Shown here: piece by piece, positions 13,301-24,800 of the stretch
Layout of the letters: each line of letters begins with the position of its first letter
Position numbering within the stretch: position 1 is the stretch's first letter
NCBI GenBank assembly: GCA_964016885.1
Contig: OZ024748.1
Span: 35,588,001-35,652,000, forward strand
Direction of reading: 5' to 3'
Origin: Eledone cirrhosa
Lineage: Eukaryota
Length of the DNA stretch: 64,000 bases
Position numbers and translations under genes: made by a program
The notes under the pieces: model-generated
Databases searched by the model: none
Seen by the model: only the letters and a program-made list of their open reading frames with translations
Told to the model about the DNA's origin: nothing

Positions 13301-16300
13301 GTTATTGTTGTTGTTACTGTTGTAGAGCTATTGTTACAGTTGTTATTGTTGTTGTTACTGTTGTAGTGCTATTGTTACAGTTGTTATTGTTGTTGTTACT
13401 GTTGTAGAGCTATTGTTTCAGTTGTTACTGTTGTTGTTACTGTTGTAGTGCTATTGTTACAGTTGTTATTGTTGTTGTTACTGTTGTAGTGCTATTGTTA
13501 CAGTTGTTATTGTTGTTGTTACTGTTGTAGAGCTATTGTTTCAGTTGTTATTGTTGTTGTTACTGTTGTAGTTCTATTGTTACAGTTGTCATCGCTGTTG
13601 TTACTGCTGTAGTGCTATTGTTACAGTTGTTATTGTTGTTGTTACTGTTGTAGTGCAATTGTTACAGTTGTTATTGTTGTTACTGTTGTAGAGCTATTGT
13701 TACAGTTGTTATTGTTGTTGTTACTGTTGTAGTGCTATTGTTACAGTTGTTATTGTTGTTGTTACTGTTGTAGAGCTATTGTTTCAGTTGTTATTGTTGT
13801 TGTTACTGTTGTAGTGCTATTGTTATACATGTTATTGTTGTTGTTACTGTTGTAGTGCTATTGTTACTGTTGTTATTGTTGTTGTTACTGTTGTAGATCT
13901 ATTGTTTCAGTTGTTATTGTTGTTGTTACTGTTGTAGTCCTACTGTTACAGTTGTTATCGCTGTTGTTACTGTTGTAGTGCTATTGTTACAGTTGTTATT
14001 GTTGTTGTTACTGTTGTAGTGCAATTGTTACAGTTGTTATTGTTGTTACTGTTGTAGAGCTATTGTTACAGTTGTTATTGTTGGTGTTACTGTTGTAGTG
14101 CTATTGTTACAGTCGTTATTGTTGTTGTTACTGTTGTAATGCTATTGTTACAGTTGTTGTTGTTGTTACTGTTGTAGTGCTATTGTTCCAGTTGTTATTG
14201 TTACTGTTGTAGTGCTATTGTTACAGTTGATATTGTTGTTGTTACTGTTGTAGAGCTATTGTTACAGTTGTTATTGTTACTGTTGTAGTGCTATTGTTAC
14301 AGTTATTGTTGTTACTGTTGTAGTGCTATTATTACAGTTGTTATTGTTACTGTTGTAGTGCTATTGTTACAGTTGTTCTTGTTGTTATTACTGTTGTAGG
14401 ACTATTGTTTCAGTTGTTATTGTTATTGTTACTGTTGTAGTGCTATTTTTACAGTTGTTATTGTTGTTTTTACTGTTGTAGTGCTATTGTTACAGTTGTT
14501 ATTGTTACTGTTGTAGAGCTATTGTTACACTTGTTATTGTTGTTGTTACTGTTGTAGGGCTATTGTTACAGTTGTTATTGTTGTTGTTACTGTTGTAGTG
14601 CTATTGTTACAGTTGTTATTGTTGTTGTTACTGTTGTAGAGCTATTGTTTCAGTTGTTATTGTTGTTGTTACTGTTGTAGTGCTATTGTTTCAGTTGTTA
14701 TTGTTGTTGTTACTGTTGTAGTGCTATTGTTACAGTTGTTATTGTTGTTGTTACTGTTGTAGAGCTATTGTTTCAGTTGTTATTGTTGTTGTTTCTGTTG
14801 TAGTGCTATTGTTACAGTTGTTATTGTCGTTGTTACTGTTGTAGTGCAATTGTTATAGTTGTTATTGTTGTTGTTACTGTTGTAGAGCTATTGTTTCAGT
14901 TGTTATTGTTGTTGTTACTGTTGTAGTGCTATTGTTACAGTTGTTATCGCTGTTGTTACAGTTGTAGTGCTATTGTTACAGTTGTTATTGTTGTTGTTAC
15001 TGTTGTAGTGCAATTGTTACAGTTGTTATTGTTGTTACTGTTGTAGAGCTATTGTTACAGTTGTTATTGTTGTTGTTACTGTTGTAGTGCTATTGTTACA
15101 TTTGTTATTGTTACTGTTGTAGAGCTATTGTTACACTTGTTATTGTTGTTGGTACTGTTGTAGAGCTATTGTTACAGTTGTTATTGTTGTTGTTACTGTT
15201 GTAGTGCTATTGTTACAGTTGTTATTGTGGTTGTTACTGTTGTAGAGCTATTGTTTCAGTTGTTATTGTTGTTGTTACTGTTGTTGTGCTATTGTTACAG
15301 TTGTTATCGCTGTTGTTACTGTTGTAGTGCTATTGTTACAGTTGTTATTGTTGTTGTTACTGTTGTAGTGCAATTGTTACAGTTGTTATTGTTGTTGTAG
15401 TGCTATTGTTACAGTTGTTATTGTCGTCGTTACTGTTGTAGAGCTATTGTTACAGCTGTTATTGTTGTTGTTACTGTTGTAGAGCTATTGTTACAGTTGT
15501 TATAGTTGTTATTACTGTTGTAGAGCTATTGTTACAGTTGTTATTGTTGTTGTTTTAGTGCTATTGTTACAGTTGTTATTGTTGTCGTTGTAGTGCTATT
15601 GTTACAGTTGTTATTGTTGTTACTGTTGTAGTCCTATTGTTACAGCTGTTATTGTTGTTATTAATGTTGTAGTGGTATTGTTACAGTGGTTGTTGTTGTT
15701 GTTGTAGTGCTATTGTTACAGTTGTTATTGTTGTTGTTACTGTTGTAGTGCTATTGTTACAGTTGTTATTGTTGTTTTTACTGTTGTAGTGCTATTGTTA
15801 CAGTTGTTATTGTTACTGTTGTAGAGCTATTGTTACACTTGTTATTGTTGTTGTTACTGTTGTAGAGCTATTGTTACAGTTGTTATTGTTCTTGTTACTC
15901 TTGTAGTGCTATTGTTACAGTTGTTATTGTTGTTGTTACTGTTGTAGAGCTATTGTTTCAGTTGTTATTGTTGTTGTTACTGTTGTAGTGCTATTGTTAC
16001 AGTTGTAGTTGTTGTTGTTACTGTTGTAGTGCTATTGTTACAGTTGTTGTTGTTGTTGTAGTGCTATTGTTACGGTTGTTATTGTTGTTGTTACTGTTGT
16101 AGAGCTATTGTTACAGCTGTTATTGTTGTTGTTACTGTTGTAGAGCTATTGTTACAGTTGTTATAGTTGTTATTACTGTTGTAGAGCTATTGTTACAGTT
16201 GTTATTGTTGTTATTACTGTTACAGAGCTATTGTTACAATTGTTATTGTTGTTGTTACTTTTGTAGACCTAACGTTACAGTTGTTATTGTTGTTGTTACT

Positions 16301-18419
16301 GTTGTAGTGCTATTGTTACAGTTGTTGTTGTTGTTGTAGTGCTATTGTTACAGTTGTTATTGTTGTTGTTACCGTTACAGAGCTATTGTTACAGTTGTTA
16401 TTGTTGTTGTCACTTTTGTAGACCTAACGTTACAGTTGTTATTGTTGTTGTTACTGTTGTAGTGCTATTGTTACAGTTGTTGTTGTTGTTGTAGTGCTAT
16501 TGTTACAGTTGTTATTGTTGTTGTTACTGTTGTAGAGATATTGTTGCAGCTGTTATTGTTGTTGTTACTGTTGTAGAGCTATTGTTACAGTTGTTATACA
16601 TGTTATTACTTTTGTAGAGCTATTGTTACAGTTGTTATTGTTGTTGCTTTAGTGCTATTGTTAAAGTTGTTATTGTTGTCGTTGTAGTGCTATTGTTACA
16701 GTTGTTATTGTTGTTACTGTTGTAGTGCTATTGTTACAGCTGTTATTGTTGTTGTTACTGTTGTAGAGCTATTGTTTCAGTTGTTATTGTTGTTGTTACT
16801 GTTGTAGTGCTATTGTTACAGTTGTTCTTGTTGTTGTTACTGTTGTAGAGCTATTTTTTTCAGTTGTTATTATTGTTGTTACTGTTGTAGTGCTATTGTT
16901 ACAGTTGTTATCGTTGTTGTTACTGTTGTAGTGCTATTGTTACAGTTGTTCTTGTTGTTGTTACTGTTGTAGAGCTATTTTTTCAGTTGTTATTATTGTT
17001 GTTACTGTTGTAGTGCTATTGTTACAGTTGTTATTGTTGTTGTTACTGTTGTAGTGCTATTGTTACAGTTGTTATTGTTGTTGTTACTGTTGTAGAGCTA
17101 TTGTTTCAGTTGTTATTGTTGTTGTTACTGTTGTAGTGCTATTGTTACAGTTGTTATCGCTGTTGTTACTGTTGTAGTGCTATTGTTACAGTTGTTATTG
17201 TTGTTGTTACTGTTGTAGTGCAATTGTTTCAGTTGTTGTTACTGTTGTAGTGCTATTGTTATAGATGTTATTGTTGTTGTTACTGTTGTAGTGCTATTGT
17301 TACAGTTGTTATTGTTACTGTTGTAGAGCTATTGTTACACTCGTTATTGTTGTTGTTACTGTTGTAGAGCTATTGTTACAGTTGTTATTGTTGTTGTTAC
17401 TGTTGTAGTGCTATTGTTACAGTTGTTATTGTTGTTGTTACTGTTGTAGAGCTATTGTTTCAGTTGTTACTGTTGTTGTTACTGTTGTAGTGCTATTGTT
17501 ACAGTTGTTATTGTTGTTGTTACTGTTGTAGTGCTATTGTTACAGTTGTTATTGTTGTTGTTACTGTTGTAGAGCTATTGTTTCAGTTGTTATTGTTGTT
17601 GTTACTGTTGTAGTTCTATTGTTACAGTTGTCATCGCTGTTGTTACTGCTGTAGTGCTATTGTTACAGTTGTTATTGTTGTTGTTACTGTTGTAGTGCAA
17701 TTGTTACAGTTGTTATTGTTGTTACTGTTGTAGAGCTATTGTTACAGTTGTTATTGTTGTTGTTACTGTTGTAGTGCTATTGTTACAGTTGTTATTGTTG
17801 TTGTTACTGTTGTAGAGCTATTGTTTCAGTTGTTATTGTTGTTGTTACTGTTGTAGTGCTATTGTTATACATGTTATTGTTGTTGTTACTGTTGTAGTGC
17901 TATTGTTACTGTTGTTATTGTTGTTGTTACTGTTGTAGATCTATTGTTTCAGTTGTTATTGTTGTTGTTACTGTTGTAGTCCTACTGTTACAGTTGTTAT
18001 CGCTGTTGTTACTGTTGTAGTGCTATTGTTACAGTTGTTATTGTTGTTGTTACTGTTGTAGTGCAATTGTTACAGTTGTTATTGTTGTTACTGTTGTAGA
18101 GCTATTGTTACAGTTGTTATTGTTGGTGTTACTGTTGTAGTGCTATTGTTACAGTCGTTATTGTTGTTGTTACTGTTGTAATGCTATTGTTACAGTTGTT
18201 GTTGTTGTTACTGTTGTAGTGCTATTGTTCCAGTTGTTATTGTTACTGTTGTAGTGCTATTGTTACAGTTGATATTGTTGTTGTTACTGTTGTAGAGCTA
18301 TTGTTACAGTTGTTATTGTTACTGTTGTAGTGCTATTGTTACAGTTATTGTTGTTACTGTTGTAGTGCTATTATTACAGTTGTTATTGTTACTGTTGTAG
18401 TGCTATTGTTACAGTTGTT
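10302..18419. repeat. Near-identical tandem duplication, period 4,042 bp (two copies)
   Basis: Constant 4,042 offset: GGACTA 10357/14399, GACCTAACG 12224/16266 and 12379/16421, ATTACAG 14331/18373. Match starts at 10302 and breaks at 18420. Only two substitutions noticed by eye (11966/16008, 12032/16074). Confidence 0.92.
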
Positions 18420-21400
18420 ATTTCTGTTACTATGTTAGTGCTATTGTTACAGTTGTTATTGTTGTTGTTACTGTTGTCGGGCTATTGTTACAGTTGTTAT
18501 TGTTTTTGGTACTGTTGTAGTGCTTTTGTTACAGTTGTTATTGTTGTTGTTACTGTTGTAGTGCTTTTGTTACAGTTTTTATTGTTGTTGTTACCGTTGT
18601 AGAGCTATTTTTACAGTTGTTATTCTTGTTGTTACTGTTGTAGAGCTATTATTACAGTTGTTATTGTTGTTGTTACTGTTGTTGTGCTATTGTTACAGTT
18701 GTTATTTTAGTTGTTACTGTTGTAGATCTATTGTTACAGTTGTTATTGTTGTTACTGTTGTAGTGTTATTGTTACAGTTGTCATTGTTGTTGTTACTGTT
18801 GTAGTGCTATTGTTACAGTTGTTATTGTTGTTGTTACTGTTGTAGTGCTATTGTTATAGTTGTTATTGTTGTTGTTACTGTTGTAGTGCTATTGTTATAG
18901 TTGTTATTGTTGTTGTTACTGTTGTAGATCTATTGTTACTGTTGTCATTGTTGTTGTTACTGTTGTTGTGCTATTGTTATAGTTGTTATTGTTGTTGTTA
19001 CTGTTGTAGTGCTATTGTTGTAGTTGTTATTGTTGTTGTTACTGTTGTAGACCTATTTTTACTGTTGTTATTGTTGTTGTTACTGTTGTAGAGCTATTGT
19101 TACAGTTGTTATTGTTGTTGTTACTGTTGTAGTGCTATTGTTACAGTTGTTGTTGTTACTGATGTAGTGCTATTGTTACAGTTGTTACTGTTGTAGTGCT
19201 AATGTTAGAGTTGTTATTGTTCCTGTTACTGTTGTAGTGCTATTGTTACTGTTGTTGTTGTTACTGTTGTAGTGCTTTTGTTACAGTTGTTATTGTTATT
19301 GTTACTGTTGTAGTGCTAATGTTACAGTTGTTGTTGTTACTGTTGTAGTGCTATTGTTACAGTTGTTATTGTTGTTGTTACTGTTGCAGTGTTATTGTTA
19401 CAGTTGTTGTTGTTACTGTTGTAATGCTATTGTTACAGTTGTTGTTGTTACTGTTGTATTGCTATTGTTGCAGTTGTTATTGTTCTTGTTACTGTTGTAG
19501 AGCTAATGTTACAGTTGTTATTGTTGTTGTTACTGTTGTAATGCTATTGTTACAGTTGTTATTGTTGTTACTGTTGTAGTGCTATTGTTACAGTAGTTAT
19601 TGTTGTTGTTACTGTTGTAATGCTATTGTTATAGTTGTTGTAGTTACTGTTGTAGTGCTATTGTTACAGTTGTTATTGTTGTTGTTACTGTTGCAGTGTT
19701 ATTGTTACAGTTGTTGTTGTTACTGTTGTATTGCTATTGTTGCAGTTATTGTTGTTGTTACTGTTGTAGAGCTAATGTTACAGTTGTTATTGTTGTTACT
19801 GTTGTAGTGCTATTGTTACAGTTGTTATTGTTGTTGTTACTGTTGTAGTGCTATTGTTACAGTTGTTATTGTTGTTGTTACTGTTGTAGAGCTATTGTTA
19901 CAGTTGTTGTTGTTACTGTTGTAGTGCTATTGTTACAGTTGTTATTGTTGTTGTTACTGTTGTAGTGCTATTGTTACAGTTGTTATTGTTGTTACTGTTG
20001 TAGTGCTATTGTTGCAGTTGTTATTGTTGTTACTCTTGAAGTGCTATTGTTACAGTTGTTATTGTTGTTGTTACTGTTGTAGTGCTATTGTTACTGTTGT
20101 TGTTGTTACTGTTGTAGTTCTATTGTTACTGTTGTTATTGTTGCTGTTCTAGTGCTTTTGTTACAGTTGTTATTGTTGTTGTTACTGTTGTAGTGCTAAT
20201 GTTACAGTAGTTATTGTTGTTGTTACTGTTGTAGAGTTTTTGTTACACTTGTTATTGTTGTTGTTACTGTTGTAGAGCTATTGGTACAGTTGTTATTGTT
20301 GTTATTACTCTTGTAGTACTATTGTTACAGTTGTTATTGATGTTGTTTTAGTGCTATTGTTACAGTTGTTATTGTTGTTGTAGTGCTATTGTTACAGTTG
20401 TTATTGTTGTTACTGTTGTAATGCTATTGTTACAGCTGTTATTGTTGTTATTACTGTTGTAGTGCTATTGTTACAGTTGTTGTTGTTGTTGTAGTGCTAT
20501 TGTTACAGTTGCTATTGTTGTCGTTACTGTTGTAGAGCTATTGTTACAGTTGTTATTGTTGTTGTTACTGTTGTAGAGCTATTGTTACAGTTGTTATTGT
20601 TGTTGTTACTGTTGTAGTGCTATTGTTACAGTTGTTATTGATGTTATTACTGTTATAGAACTATTGTTACAGTTGTTATTGTTGTTGTTACTGTTGTAGA
20701 GCTATTGTTACAGTTGTTATTGTTGTTACTGCTGTAGTGCTATTGTTACAGTTGTAATTGTGGTTGTTACTGTTGTAGAGTTGTTGTTACAGTTGTTATT
20801 GTTGTTACTGTTGTAGTGCTATTGTTACAGTTGTTATTGTTGTTGTTTTAGTGCTATTGTTACAGTTGTTATTGTTGTTGTTGTAGTGCTATTGTTACAG
20901 TTGTTATTGTTGTTTCTGTTGTAGAGCTATTGTTACAGTTGTTTTTGTTGTTTCTGTTGTAGAGCTATTGTTACAGTTGTTATAGTTGTTGTTGTAGTGC
21001 TATTGTTAAAGTTGTTATTGTCGTTACTGTTGTAGTGCTATTGTTATAGTTGTTATTGTTGTTGTTATTACTGTTGTAGTGCTATTGTTACAGTTGTTGT
21101 TGTTGTTGTTTTAGTGCTATTGTTACAGTTGTTATTGTTGTTGGTATTAATGTTGTAGTACTGTTGTTACAGTCGTTGTTATTACTGTTGTAGTGCTATT
21201 GTTACAGTTGTTTTTGTTTTTGTTACTGTTGTAGAGTTGTTGTTACAGTTGTTATTGTTGTTACTGTTGTTGTGCTATTGTTACAGTTGTTATTGTTGTT
21301 GTTTTAGTGCTATTGTTACAGTTGTTATTGTTGTTGTTGTAGTGCTATTGTTACAGTTGTTATTGTTGTTACTGTTGTAGTGCTATTGTTACAGCTCTTA

Positions 21401-21800
21401 TTGTTGTTATTACTGTTGTAGTGCTATTGTTACAGTTGTTGTTGTTGTTGTTGTTGTTGTAGTGCTATTGTTACAGTTGTTATTGTTGTTGTTACTGTTG
21501 TAGTGCTATTGTTACAGTTGTTATTGATGTTATTTCTGTTATAGAGCTATTGTTACAGTCGTTATTGTTGTTGTTACTGTTGTAGAGCTATTGTTACAGT
21601 TGTTATTGTTGTTACTGCTGTAGTGCTATTGTTACAGTTGTTGTTGTTGTTACTGTTGTAGTGCTATTGTTCCAGTTATTATTGTTACTGTTGTAGTGCT
21701 ATTGTTACAGTTGTTATTGTTGTTGTTACCGTTGTAGAGCTATTGTTACAGTTGTTATTGTTACTGTTGTAGTGCTATTGTTACAGTTGTTGTTGTTACT
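18420..21800. repeat. Diverged monomeric transition zone between satellite subfamilies
   Basis: Many variants that I did not see recur elsewhere: TTTCTGTTACTATGTTAG ~18421, GTCGGGCTA ~18476, TTCCTGTT ~19220, GAGTTTTTG ~20235, TTGGTACAG ~20281, (GTT)8 at 21435-21458. No kb-scale period evident. Confidence 0.7.
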
Positions 21801-24800
21801 GTTGTAGTGCTATTGTTACAGTTGTTATTGTTGTTCTTACTGTTGTAGAGCTATTGTTACAGTTGTTATTGTTGTTGTTAATGTTGTAGTGCTATTGTTA
21901 CAGTTGTTATTGTTGTTGTTACTATTGTAGGGCTATTGTTACAGTTGTTGTTGTTAATGTTGTAGTGCTATTGTTACAGTTGTTATTGTTGTTGTTACTG
22001 TTGTAGTGCTAATGTTACAGTTGTTGTTGTTGTTACTGTTGTAGGGCTATTGTTACAGTTGTTATTGTTGTTGTTACTGTTGTAGAGCTATTGTTACAGT
22101 TGTTGTTGTTACTGTTGTAGAGTTATTGTTACAGTTGTTATTGTTGTTGTTACTGTTGTAGTGCTAATGTTACAGTTGTTGTTGTTACTGTTGTAGGGCT
22201 ATTGTTACAGTTGTTATTGTTGTTGTTACTGTTGTAATGCTATTGTTACAGTTGTTGTTGTTACTGTTGTAGAGCTATTGTTACAGTTGTTATTGTTGTT
22301 GTTACTGTTGTAGAGCTATTGTTACAGTTGTTATTGTTGTTGTTACTGTTGTTAAGCTATTGTTACAGTTGTTGTTGTTACTGTTGTAGAGCTATTGTTA
22401 CAGTTGTTATTGTTATTGTTTCTGTTGTAGTGCTATTGTTACAGTTGTCATTGTTGTTGTTACTGTTGTAGTGCTATTGTTACAGTTGTTATTTTCGTTG
22501 TTACTGTTGTAGTGCTATTGTTACAGTTGTTATTGGTGTTGTTACTGTTGTAGAGCTATTGTTACAGTTGTTATTGTTGTTGTTACTGTTGTAGTGCTAT
22601 TGTTAGGTGTTATTGTTGTTGTTACTCTTGTAGAGCTATTTTTACAGTTGTTATTGTTGTTGTTACTGTTGTAGAGCTATTTTTACAGTTGTTATTTTAG
22701 TTGTTACTGTTGTAGATCTATTGTTACAGTTGTTATTTTTGTTGTTACTGTTGTAGTGCTATTGTTACAGTTGTTATTGGTGTTGTTACTGTTGTAGTGC
22801 TATTGTTATAGTTTTTATTGTTGTTGTTACTGTTGTAGTGCTATTGTTACAGTTGTTATCGTTGTTACTGTTGTAGAGCTATGTTTACAGTTGTTATTTT
22901 AGTTGTTACTGTTGTAGATCTATTGTTACAGTTGTTATTGTTGTTACTGTTGTAGTGCTATTGTTACAGTTGTTATTGTGGTTGTTACTGTTGTAGTGCT
23001 ATTGTTAGTTTTTATTGTTGTTGTTACTGTTGTAGTGCTATTTTTACAGTTGTTATTGTTGTTGTTACTGTTGTAGATCTATTGTTGCACTTGTTATTGT
23101 TGTTACTGTTGTAGTGCTATTGTTACAGTTGTTATTGTTATTGTTACTGTTGTAGTGCTATTTTTACAGTTGTTATTGTTGTTGTTACTGTTGTAGTGCT
23201 ATTGTTACAGTTGTTATTGTTGTTGTTACTGTTGTAGAGTTATTGTTACAGTTGTTGTTGTTACTGTTGTAGTGCTATTGTTACAGTTGTTGTTGTTACT
23301 GTTGTAGTGCTATTGTTACAGTTGTTATTGTTGTTGTTACCGTTGTAGTGCTATTGTTACAGCTGTTATTGTTGTTATTACTGTTGTAGTGCTATCGTTA
23401 CAGTTGTTGTTGTTACTGTTGTAATGCTATTGTTACAGTTGTTGTTGTTACTGTTGTATTGCTATTGTTGCAATTGTTATTGTTGTTGTTACTGTTGTAG
23501 AGCTAATGTTACAGTTGTTATTGTTGTTGCTGTTGCAGTGCTATTGTTAGTTGTTATTGTTGTTGTTACTGTTGTAGTACTATTGTTACAGTTGTTATTG
23601 TTGTTGTTACTGTTGTAGAGCTATTGTTACAGTTGTTGTTGTTACTGTTGTAGTGCTATTGTTACAGTTGTTATTTTTTTTGTTACTGTTGTAGTGCTAT
23701 TGTTACAGTTGTTATTGTTGTTACTGTTGTAGTGCTATCGTTACAGTTGTTACTGTTGTTATTGTCGTAGGGCTTTTGTTACAGTTGTTATTGTTGTTGT
23801 TACTGTTGTAGTGCTATTGTTACTGTTGTTGTTGTTACTGTTGTAGTGCTATTGTTACAGTTGTTATTGTTGTTGTTACTGTTGTAGTTCTATTGTTACT
23901 GTTGTTGTTGTTACTGTTGTAGTGTTATTGTTAGAGTTGTTATTGTTCTTGTTACTGTTGTAGTGCTATTGTTACTGTTGTTGTTGTTACTGTTGTAGTG
24001 CTTTTGATACAGTTGTTATTGTTGTTGTTACTGTTGTAGTGCTAATGTTACAGTTGTTGTTGTTACTGTTGTAGTGCTATTGTTAAAGTTGTTATTGTTG
24101 TTGTTACTGTTGTAATGCTATTGTTACAGTTGTTATTGTTGTTACTGTTGTAGTGCTATTGTTACAGTAGTTATTGTTGTTGTTACTGTTGTAATGCTAT
24201 TGTTATTGTTGTTGTTGTTACTGTTGTAGTGCTATTTTTACAGTTGTTATTGTTGTTGTTACTGATGTAGTGCTAATGTTACAGTTGTTGTTGTTACTGT
24301 TGTAGTGCTATTGTTACAGTTGTTATTGTTGTTGTTACTGTTGTAATGCTATTGTTACAGTTGTTATTGTTGTTACTGTTGTAGTGCTATTGTTACAGTA
24401 GTTATTGTTGTTGTAACTGTTGTAGTGCTATTGTTAGAGTTGTTATTGTTGTTGTTACTGTTGTAGTGCTATTGTTACTGTTGTTGTTGTTACTGTTGTA
24501 GTGCTATTGTTACAGTTGTTATTGTTGTTGTTACTGTTGTAGTGCTATTGTTACAGTTGTTGTAGTTACTGTTGTAATGCTATTGTTACAGTTGTTGTTG
24601 TTACTGTTGTAGTGCTATTGTTACAGTTGTTATTGTTGTTCTTACTGTTGTAGAGCTATTGTTACAGTTGTTATTGTTGTTGTTACTCTTGTAGTGCTAT
24701 TGTTACAGTTGTTATTGTTGTTGTTACTATTGTAGGGCTATTGTTACAGTTGTTGTTGTTACTGTTGTAGTGCTATTGTTACAGTTGTTATTGTTGTTGT

